Shown in pieces: positions 9,501 to 16,344 of a stretch of 30,715 bases of DNA; position 1 is the stretch's first letter; every line of letters begins with the position of its first letter. Below the pieces are notes generated by a model. That model was not told where the DNA came from and made no database searches. It saw nothing but the letters and a program-made list of their open reading frames with translations. Origin of the DNA: Myxococcota bacterium (GTDB lineage: Bacteria; Myxococcota; XYA12-FULL-58-9; JALHOP01); the NCBI GenBank assembly GCA_041288095.1, contig JBGGMJ010000021.1, forward strand, positions 1 through 30,715, in the 5' to 3' direction. Both the position numbers and the translations under genes were made by a program.

Positions 9501-11980
9501 GCGGCGAGACCTGCCACGGCCACCGGCGTGCCACCGATCGAGACCGCGTTGCGCGTCCACTGGCGCAGAATGAGCTCGCGCATCTCGCCTTCGACGGCGG
9601 CGCGCTGAGCACCGGGCGGCAACGATTGTGCCCGGCCTTGGGCCGCGGCGAAGGCGCGCGCGACATCGTCTTCGAGGCGCGGCGTCAAGCGGCCAAGGTC
9701 CGCCATCGCGGGCGTGAGCAGTGCCCGGGCTCCGGCCCTACCCAGCATGGCCGTCGCCTTGAGCGGCGCGGCGATCGCCAGGGCGTCGAACGCGAGGGAA
9801 ACGCCATTGAGCGCGGTCTCGCCGGTACCCGCGGTCGAGATGCCACCGATGACGTTCCCATCGAAGGCGCCGTGGCGATTGGCGCGCACGTAGTTGCGCC
9901 CCTTCAGCGCCGCGGTGCCGAGGCCTCCGCCGACCAGGGCGCCGATCGCGGCCCCCGGAACGACGCCGATGCCGCCAAGCCAGACGCCGATCGCGGCGCC
10001 CACGGCGGCGCCGGCGGCCATGCCACCGCCCTGGTAGACCATGGCTTCACCGAGGGTCTCGCTCGAGAGCTCGCGTAGCGCCACGCGCAACCCAGCGTCG
10101 TCACTCTGATGACGGTTGAGGAAGCCATCGACGCGCTCCCCGGCCCACGCCACCTCGCTACGCATCCCACGGAGCCGCTCGAGCGTCTCGCGTGCACGCG
10201 CGCCCTGGCTCGATTCGGCGAGCGCCTGCGCCTCGAGCAGGAGCAAGCGGGCTCGATGATCGGGCGTCGCACCCGAGTCGTTCTCTGCGTCCATGCGGAC
10301 GCGGCGCAGCTCATCCGCCGCCGGTCGGCGCTGGTCGTAAGTGCCCGCTCCCGCCGCCAGCTGGAGCTGGACGTTGCCGTATTGCTCACGCACTTCCTGG
10401 ACGAACGCTTGGCGCGTCGACGGATCGGGGATCGCCACTGCGTAGCGCAGCGCCTCTCGCAGCTCGGTCCCAGCCGTCGTCAGGTCACCGCGCATCGCCG
10501 CGTTGCGGGCCGCGATACCTCGGTTCTGCCCCCACAGGACCGGATCCTGCGTGCGCGAGGCGTATTCGTCGAGCAGGCGCAGGGCGCCGCGCGCCGCCGT
10601 GTCCTCGTCGTTCGTGGACGCGGCGGCCGCGATGCGGCTCATGCTGCGAATCATCTCATTGCGCCGCGCTTCCGGAAGACCACGCATGGTCTCGATCAAT
10701 GCGGGCGCGGCGGCGCGGTCGGGCGGTGTGCTGAAGAGATACATGCCGCGCTCGTTCGAGCGCAGCGCGTGGTCGAGGCGCTCCCGCGGCATGCCCGAGG
10801 AGAGCTGGAGTTGGTCGATGTAAGCCTCGCGCGCCTGGGTGAAGTCGCCGCGCCGCAAGTGATGGTCAGCGCGAACCTCGGCGCCTTCGAACGCCAGACG
10901 GTGCCGCAGCGGCTCGGCGTCCTCGGCGCGGATGACTCCGCGCGCGACGAGATCGTCGATGCCGGCACGGCCGCGCTCGATGGTCGCGTGGATGTTGGCG
11001 ACCGCCTGCGCCGCGCGCGTCGATGCTGGAACGCTCCGCGACGGAGGCAGCGGTTGGATGGTGCGCGCCTCGAGCACGGTAAGGTCGACGCTTTGCCTTG
11101 CGAGAGTGCGCTGCAGCTCCGGCGCCAGGTTGGTGTCGGAGATCAACGCATCCAGCTCGCGGCGCGCCTCGGCAAGCGGTACGCGGCCGGTGGTTGGTTG
11201 CGGTCCGGCCACGCGGCGCTCGACCTCGCCCACTTGCGTCGTGAGCCGCGCGAAGCCCGCTTGCACGCGCGCCTCCGCAATCAGATCCGCGGAGGTCATG
11301 AGCAACTGGTCGATCTGAGCGACAGCCTGGCGATTGACTGGATCAGTCGTCGCCCCCCGCGCCAGCTCTTCACGCGAACCGGCGAGGGCGATGGCTTGGG
11401 CTTCCAGCAGCGTCGCGCGCAGCTGCGCGCCCTCGATGGTATGGTCGAGCGTCACCCGAGCACCCTGCCGGGCAATCGCCCCCGCGGGGTCGCCTCCACG
11501 CGCGATGAGCGCCGCGAGGTCGGGATTGCGGCCGGCGAGGAGCGTGTATTGCCCAGCGGTCACCGCCTCGGGTTGCACGGCAAACGCGGTCGCGGCGATG
11601 TCACGCCACGATCGATCACGCGTCAGGGTCGCGCCAACACCAAGAATGGGTGCGCGGTCGTCGACTTCGATGCCCCCGGTCGCGAGCCGCGTGCGCGCAC
11701 CCTCGACCTCGCTCGTCAGGCTGCGCAAGCGGACGGGGTCCGCCGCAGCGGACGTAAAGCGACGCAACACTTCCGGACGGATGGCCGGGGGATCCGGCCG
11801 CACCTCGGTGGCCGGGGGATCGCCGGCCTGCGTCTTGGGCGACGTCTCGACGCGGTCGGCCGGCTCGACCACCTGCGTGGGCCGCTCTTTGGGCAGAGTC
11901 GGGTCGGCGCGCGGCTCGTCGTTCGCGGGCTCGGTACCACGGCGTTCGACAGGTGCAGCTCCGACGCCGGGCAAACCCAT
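6578..11980 (-). CDS. Large (~1800 aa) putative effector/toxin: low-complexity N-terminus, TPR-like helices, glycine-zipper/TM block, beta-rich region, C-terminal zincin-like metallopeptidase
   Basis: Single long ORF (TTG 11986 or ATG 11980). GGGMAAGAAVGAAIGVWLGGIGVVPGAAIGALVGGGLG at ~9915-10032. THEVAGH (HEVAGH at 6896-6913) is followed by YGDRNPAELFA. The ORF is secure; the function is inferred. Confidence 0.75.
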   Translation of the reverse strand: MGLPGVGAAPVERRGTEPANDEPRADPTLPKERPTQVVEPADRVETSPKTQAGDPPATEVRPDPPAIRPEVLRRFTSAAADPVRLRSLTSEVEGARTRLATGGIEVDDRAPILGVGATLTRDRSWRDIAATAFAVQPEAVTAGQYTLLAGRNPDLAALIARGGDPAGAIARQGARVTLDHTIEGAQLRATLLEAQAIALAGSREELARGATTDPVNRQAVAQIDQLLMTSADLIAEARVQAGFARLTTQVGEVERRVAGPQPTTGRVPLAEARRELDALISDTNLAPELQRTLARQSVDLTVLEARTIQPLPPSRSVPASTRAAQAVANIHATIERGRAGIDDLVARGVIRAEDAEPLRHRLAFEGAEVRADHHLRRGDFTQAREAYIDQLQLSSGMPRERLDHALRSNERGMYLFSTPPDRAAAPALIETMRGLPEARRNEMIRSMSRIAAAASTNDEDTAARGALRLLDEYASRTQDPVLWGQNRGIAARNAAMRGDLTTAGTELREALRYAVAIPDPSTRQAFVQEVREQYGNVQLQLAAGAGTYDQRRPAADELRRVRMDAENDSGATPDHRARLLLLEAQALAESSQGARARETLERLRGMRSEVAWAGERVDGFLNRHQSDDAGLRVALRELSSETLGEAMVYQGGGMAAGAAVGAAIGVWLGGIGVVPGAAIGALVGGGLGTAALKGRNYVRANRHGAFDGNVIGGISTAGTGETALNGVSLAFDALAIAAPLKATAMLGRAGARALLTPAMADLGRLTPRLEDDVARAFAAAQGRAQSLPPGAQRAAVEGEMRELILRQWTRNAVSIGGTPVAVAGLAAIAAPVAQQLYEIEASNRSSAEKSRERQRVLSHLGQAGLMVAMFGGTNHLISRYSARPGDVMARLRDGLATDQNHVPLAVGRDSMPQRGHGPVGSRVDIDGPNGRLIIGETESNAPATVTLGDRRFAAMHETSVGGQTILGLRSLDDPASPPHVVRYDRTAGTWESLEVQPGRMSRIHDGSDPRDHVYVARDTDGVPLVVTGNGLARRLDVRVPAGATPDEVAHAHALAHRGLVDTDGDVLRYRVRLNPDDPLVRDMFWNGVPAMGRHETPQGPIWMTEQGMIDTTGRALRHMGESRETNTRFYIDGEGRTLAVGTNAGGQNLPYVRSVGAVEPAMLQGFVPAFSRYSARGYRRTDFNQERARIGGDEPVRLARTLDDIPERSRTEVDVARMPADTDAAVRETLLAARNPGTAYWLDPEGRAYTTVRENGRAIAFNTEGLPVGVLSPDAGGALRMSPLSSVGDPRPILGVGNSIGQYFHVRQGARGPEHFRIVDNGRGAAAALDVEGNAVIIRPGSNEVHPEGAVSGPTGITSYVAGGRHYEVVSSVDRVTSVVRRQLSGGQTEYQVARLEPGSPPRVVIGPPGVTARANVDGGTIIVHDGRSYRVWSQSETREQFLERLPDALRSPRADDVATRRLVDSMADLRRARTLAGDEARFAQDLANEVRAGRGPLLDELRTRTGGDPVRLIEQMARYTGDDASRLIMARSERPYAADRDTSDPHAQAIFVEDAGRLRPATIDEVRVDFERRVPNRQPRAFADLPRPSSVELGTPAADGSRTMRVRIGDIEHEVPIASRSGHDASRLPTDEQIADWVKQLPARAAGEIGRIDFSQPNNSIAGTWRYNGGVLTYYPGIRPEHGPTLTTHEVAGHGLERGDPRLHALLMQARMLDLHVYRTRHGTNHNYGDRNPAELFAVAMEEWAAGRSGGDIAYMRRVLDSAFPPDAAATPQGRERMRLLLPFIATGLPLLVERDQQR

Positions 11981-11989
11981 GCCCAAAGC

Positions 11990-11998
11990 AGCTTAGCA
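11990..11998 (-). promoter_or_regulatory. Candidate extended -10 element for the large gene
   Basis: Minus strand reads TG-C-TAAGCT, 9 nt before ATG 11980; there is no Shine-Dalgarno sequence in between. Confidence 0.35.
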
Positions 11999-12067
11999 CA
12001 GCGCGCGGCCCTGTAGGGCCTTCACCCACCGGCCGCCTCCTGCCCTAGCGGCACACCGGCGCGGTGC

Positions 12068-13567
12068 TTACGGTTCGCTCTCGATCTCGGACTCGTGGAA
12101 GTCCTGGCCATCGAACTTCACCACCACCATGCGATCCTCGATGCGGGTGACGATGCCGACCGGCCGCGTCCACATGGCGTGGACGTTGGTTAGCGTGTCG
12201 CGCATGTAGTCGGTGCGCAGGTCGATGCCTTCGTGCTGGTGTTTGAGGAGCAGCTCGCCGCGGTTCTCGAAGTTGGCGTCGATGACGCTGATGAACGGCT
12301 GGCCGAAGTTCGTGAGCTGGAAGAGGAGCTTCTCCTTGATCGCCTTGAACTCGCGATCGGTGATCTCCCAGTTGCCGCTCTTCTTGTTGTAGCCGTACGT
12401 GAACATCTTCTGCTGGTTCGCGAAGTCGCGCGTCAGGAACTCGTCGATGAAGGTGACGTCGTTGTAGTGGCGACGTACCTCGAAGATCTTCTGACGACCG
12501 AGGCCCGCCTCGGTGTTCCACTCGCGACGCGCCCGCAGGTCGTCGCACTCGTCCCACTCCTTGCCGAAGCGACCCTTGTTCCAGCGGTCCTCGATGTCGC
12601 GAAACAGCTCGATGCCGAGCTTGTAGGGGTTCATCGAGCCCGGCTGCACGCCCATCGTTCCGCTATGGCGGTCAGCGTAGTCGATGACCTCGGAGTCCTC
12701 GAGCGCCTTCTGCGTCATGATGGTCGTGTGCCAGTAGCTGGCCCAGCCTTCGTTGATGACCTTCGTCTGACCCTGCGGCGCGAAGTAATAGGCCTCCTCG
12801 CGGATCATCGCGAGCACGTCTTGCTCCCAGTTCTCGAGCGGGCCGTGCTCCATGACGAACTGCAGCACGTCGCGCTCCGGACGCTCCGGGAACTTCCGCG
12901 ATTGCGCACGCTCTTCGTCGAGGCGCTTCTTTTGCTCCTCGATGAACTCGCGCGGGTTGATGTACTGATTCATGTACGAGCGCTCGACCTTGAGGCGCGG
13001 CACGTCGGGCGATCGATCGTCGCGCTCGAGCTCGTCGGTGCGCTTGTCGGCGCGGCGCTTGATGTACGGCGCCTGGCGGTCGATGAGGTTGTCGATCGAC
13101 AAGCAGCGATCGACGAAGGCTTCGACTTTCTCGAGACCGTAGCGGTCGATGAACCGGCGAATCTTGGTTCCGTGATTCGCCATCGTGTCCATCATCTTGC
13201 GGTTGGTGTGCGCGAAAGCGAAGTTGTTCTTGAAGAAGTCGACGTGCCCGTAGACGTGCGACATGACGAGCTTCTGGTCGACGTCCATGTTCGACGCCAT
13301 GAGGTAGGCGTACGAAGGGTCGTTGTTGATGACCAGCTCGTAGATCTTCGAGAGGCCGTACGAGTAGCTCTTGGCGAGCCGCTCGTACTCCATGCCGAAC
13401 TTCCAGTGCGGATAGCGCGTCGGAAAGCCGCCATACGCCGCGATCATGTTGAGCTCGTCGTACGAAACGACCTCGAAGACCGTGTCGAAGAAATCAAGCC
13501 CGAAATCGACGGCATGGCGGTGGATACGCTCGCGCATCGCCTCGAGGTGGGCTGGTAGGGCTGGCAT
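12068..13567 (-). CDS. spoVR: SpoVR/YcgB family protein
   Basis: Family motifs GFPTRYPHWKFG, SKIYELVINNDPSYAYLM, HVYGHVDFFKNN, YFAPQGQTKVINEGWASYWH, NPYKLG. Confidence 0.95.
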   Translation of the reverse strand: MPALPAHLEAMRERIHRHAVDFGLDFFDTVFEVVSYDELNMIAAYGGFPTRYPHWKFGMEYERLAKSYSYGLSKIYELVINNDPSYAYLMASNMDVDQKLVMSHVYGHVDFFKNNFAFAHTNRKMMDTMANHGTKIRRFIDRYGLEKVEAFVDRCLSIDNLIDRQAPYIKRRADKRTDELERDDRSPDVPRLKVERSYMNQYINPREFIEEQKKRLDEERAQSRKFPERPERDVLQFVMEHGPLENWEQDVLAMIREEAYYFAPQGQTKVINEGWASYWHTTIMTQKALEDSEVIDYADRHSGTMGVQPGSMNPYKLGIELFRDIEDRWNKGRFGKEWDECDDLRARREWNTEAGLGRQKIFEVRRHYNDVTFIDEFLTRDFANQQKMFTYGYNKKSGNWEITDREFKAIKEKLLFQLTNFGQPFISVIDANFENRGELLLKHQHEGIDLRTDYMRDTLTNVHAMWTRPVGIVTRIEDRMVVVKFDGQDFHESEIESEP

Positions 13568-13573
13568 TGGCTC

Positions 13574-13602
13574 AATTTATCGCGGCCAGCCCGGTGCCGC
13601 AA
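13574..13602 (-). promoter_or_regulatory. Candidate sigma70-type promoter giving a leaderless spoVR mRNA
   Basis: Minus strand TTGCGG-N17-TAAATT, then 6 nt, then ATG 13567. Confidence 0.45.
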
Positions 13603-13607
13603 TTGCA
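13592..13607 (+). promoter_or_regulatory. Candidate sigma54 (-24/-12) element facing the annexin-repeat toxin gene
   Basis: CGGTGCCGCAATTGCA is GG-N10-GC with a TTGCA -12 box; the -24 box is imperfect. Confidence 0.3.
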
Positions 13608-13662
13608 GCGGTCCGGAAGGCGTTTCCGATGGCGGATCGAAGTTTCGCCTAGGTACACTCCA

Positions 13663-13678
13663 AGCAAGTCGTATGCCC
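13663..13678 (-). promoter_or_regulatory. Candidate sigma54 (-24/-12) element facing spoVR
   Basis: Minus strand GGGCATACGACTTGCT is GG-N10-GC with a TTGCT -12 box, close to TGGCAC-N5-TTGC. Confidence 0.4.
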
Positions 13679-13761
13679 AAGGCGGCAGCAGTCATTCCCC
13701 CCACCCCTTTCGGAGCGCCCGAGGCCTGCTTACGGGCAGGCTTGCCTCGTGGAGGGTTCCG

Positions 13762-16344
13762 ATGACCGGAGGCGTGACCCGCGCGGGGGCGCCAACCGAA
13801 GCCATCCCCCAGGAGCCGGCCGCCACGGCGCGCGTGACCCGCACCGACGAGGCCGCGATCAGCCCGGTGGAGACGGCCGAGCAAGTACGGCTGCTTCGGG
13901 ACGCCTTCCAGGCGGGGAATCCCGATCGCGTAAAGGACGCGCTGCACGGCTACTCGCGCGCCGACCGTCGCGCCATCGTCAGCGCTTTCGATCGGCTCCC
14001 CGGTAACCAGTCCGAGTACCAGAGCTTCCAGCGCCGCATCGCGCGCTTGGGCCTACCGAACGACAACGATTGGATGACGATCGCGGCGAGCCCCACCGGC
14101 CGCAACGACGCCGTCGCCCGTCTCCACCGTGCCATGGCGAGCGGCAGCGTCGATCGCCAAGAGGTGCTTTCGCTCTACGGCGGCCGGACACGCGCGGAGA
14201 TTACCGCGCTCCATGCCGGCTACCGCGATCGCCACGCTCCCGACATGGATGTCGAGGCGGAGATCGCCCGGCGGTTCGGACGCACCCAGCAGCACGACCT
14301 CGCGGCGGCGCGGCTCGGACGCGATGTGCGCCGACCCGAGCATCGCACCGCGGCGGCGCTCGCCGACACCACCCAGGTTTCTGGCGCCTTCGACGGGCGC
14401 GCACGCATGCTCGGCGAGGTCCTGCAGAACAACCAGATCGACGCGGTGAGACGCGCCTACCAAGAGATGCTGCCCGGGCGCTCCTTCGACACGGACATGC
14501 TGAGCGACGTCCGCATCAATCAGACCTGGTCCGGCCGAGCCTCACGCGCCCGCATCCAAGCAGCACTCAATGGCGACCGCCTCGACTACGTGTCGCAAAC
14601 CGCGCTCTTCCTCGCCCGCGGCGAGAACTACATCTCCGAGGCCGACGCTCGGCCGGCCTTCGGCATGGTGAACGGGCGCGATCTCGCCTGGGCGGACGTC
14701 GAAGCGCGGCTACGCAACGACACCGGCGGCAGCATCACCACGGCGCTGCAGGCGCGCTACACCTCGGGCGAAACGCGCGCGTTGCTCGATCAGGTCATGC
14801 GGCCCGGTGCGGCGCCGGCGACAATCGCGAACCAAACAGAGCAGCCGTCGGTTCGTCTTGCCGCGGTCGAGGCCGCGCTCAACGAAGGCAACTATCTCAC
14901 CTCGTACCGGCGGCGCGCCGCGTTCAGCGAGCTGCTGGCGGGGATTCCGGTGGCCGACCGCGCGGCCATCGCCGACGCGGGCCGCGCCCGACCCGACAGC
15001 CGCGGCATCGAAGATCAGATTCGCGCGCGTTTCTCGGGCATCGAGGCCGAGCGCGCTTTAGCGGACTGGCGGGGTAACATCGATGCCATCGACATGTTGC
15101 GCTTCGCGAGCCGCGGCCAAGCGACGCCACAGGAGCTGACGCGCGCCATCGCCTCGACGAGTCTCGAGCGCCGTGCCCAGCTCGAAGCGGGCTTCAACGA
15201 GCGTCATGCCGACGAGCGCAGCGGCGGCCGCACGCCGTTCCAGACGGCGGTCGATCGCCTGCGTGCCGCCGATGGCGAGGCCTCGCGCAACCTCGACCTC
15301 CAGCTCAACCTTTCCCGCCTCGGCACGCCCGAAGGACTGCGCGAGGCGCAAACGCGCGCCCAAGAGCTGCTGCGCGAAGGCCGGGGTGAATGGGACAGCT
15401 TCCGGCGCTTCGCCATGGACACGCTGAAGTGGAGCGGTCCACAGCTCGATGCCTCGGGACGTGAGCTCTTCACCAACATCCGCAGAGCCGAGCGCGAGGG
15501 TCGGTTGCGTGAGGGTCAGCCGGTGCCGGCCGAGATCGAAACCGCGTACCGCCAGGTGGTGGCGGATTACCAACGCTACCTGCGCGACCAGGGGCGGCTT
15601 GGCGAAGCCGCGGCCGAAGTGGCGCTTTTCGCGGGCGGTACGCTGCTCAGTATCGCGAGCGGTGGCACCGCAACCGGCTTGATCTTGGCCGCGGGAGCCT
15701 CAGGTGGCCTCTACGTCACCACACGCGCCGCGGTTAGCCCGGTCTACGCGGACAGCAGCGCCGGCCGCCTGGTGACCGACGCTGGTACCGCGGCTATCGG
15801 CATGGCCATCCCCATCGCGGGCCGCCTTGGACCCGCGGTGACCTCGGTCTTCAGCCGTTATCCAACACGGACCGTATTGACGTTCAGCAACTCCACCGAG
15901 CAAGCCGCCTGGGCGGCGGCGCACATCCCCGGCGCGACCCCGCAGCAGATGGAAGCACTCATCGCCGCGACCTACTCGCGCAACTCGGGCTTCGTCGTCG
16001 GCGGCAGCCGCATCCGCGGCGACTTTCACGGGGCGAGTGACCTCGACGTCGGCTTCACGGCGCTCAGCAAACGCCAAGCAGAGCGTGTCATAGCGGAGCA
16101 CAACAAGCTTGCGGCGGCCGGCGACCTGCCCCTGCGGCTCGAGACCTACGCCATCGTGCCTGGCCGCGCGAGCGCGAACGTGCCGGAGATCATGCGCGTC
16201 GAAGAGTTCTTCCAGCGCACCGGCGTGCGGGCCCCCGGCGACCCGCGCGCGGGTCAGTCGTACGTGCCATCCGGTTCGGTCTCGTTCTGGCGCGACGCGG
16301 ATGGTATCTACCGCGTCGAGATTATCCCGCCAGGCGCTCTATGA
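13762..16344 (+). CDS. Putative polymorphic toxin (860 aa): annexin-like repeats, hydrophobic hairpin, C-terminal Pol-beta-superfamily nucleotidyltransferase domain
   Basis: GGAGGG RBS at 13751-13756 before ATG 13762, preferred to the ORF-track TTG 13567. Annexin-like DAVARLHRAMASGSVDRQEVLSLYGGRTRAEITALHAGY. TM-like VALFAGGTLLSIASGGTATGLILAAGASGGLYV. NTase signature FVVGGSRIRGDFHGASDLDV at 15991-16050. Confidence 0.75.
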   Translation: MTGGVTRAGAPTEAIPQEPAATARVTRTDEAAISPVETAEQVRLLRDAFQAGNPDRVKDALHGYSRADRRAIVSAFDRLPGNQSEYQSFQRRIARLGLPNDNDWMTIAASPTGRNDAVARLHRAMASGSVDRQEVLSLYGGRTRAEITALHAGYRDRHAPDMDVEAEIARRFGRTQQHDLAAARLGRDVRRPEHRTAAALADTTQVSGAFDGRARMLGEVLQNNQIDAVRRAYQEMLPGRSFDTDMLSDVRINQTWSGRASRARIQAALNGDRLDYVSQTALFLARGENYISEADARPAFGMVNGRDLAWADVEARLRNDTGGSITTALQARYTSGETRALLDQVMRPGAAPATIANQTEQPSVRLAAVEAALNEGNYLTSYRRRAAFSELLAGIPVADRAAIADAGRARPDSRGIEDQIRARFSGIEAERALADWRGNIDAIDMLRFASRGQATPQELTRAIASTSLERRAQLEAGFNERHADERSGGRTPFQTAVDRLRAADGEASRNLDLQLNLSRLGTPEGLREAQTRAQELLREGRGEWDSFRRFAMDTLKWSGPQLDASGRELFTNIRRAEREGRLREGQPVPAEIETAYRQVVADYQRYLRDQGRLGEAAAEVALFAGGTLLSIASGGTATGLILAAGASGGLYVTTRAAVSPVYADSSAGRLVTDAGTAAIGMAIPIAGRLGPAVTSVFSRYPTRTVLTFSNSTEQAAWAAAHIPGATPQQMEALIAATYSRNSGFVVGGSRIRGDFHGASDLDVGFTALSKRQAERVIAEHNKLAAAGDLPLRLETYAIVPGRASANVPEIMRVEEFFQRTGVRAPGDPRAGQSYVPSGSVSFWRDADGIYRVEIIPPGAL

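Noticed and set aside
8945-12016. 377-aa and 635-aa plus-strand ORFs
   Set aside because: Antisense to the 1800-aa gene, with shadow-like composition.
12007-12020. GGCCC-TGTA-GGGCC hairpin between spoVR and the giant gene
   Set aside because: 5-bp stem with no U-tract on the minus strand; too weak to call a terminator.
12233-13558. 441-aa plus-strand ORF
   Set aside because: Antisense shadow of spoVR.
13567-13761. 65-codon N-terminal extension of the toxin ORF from TTG 13567
   Set aside because: It would abut the spoVR start and cover the promoter region; ATG 13762 has a strong RBS.
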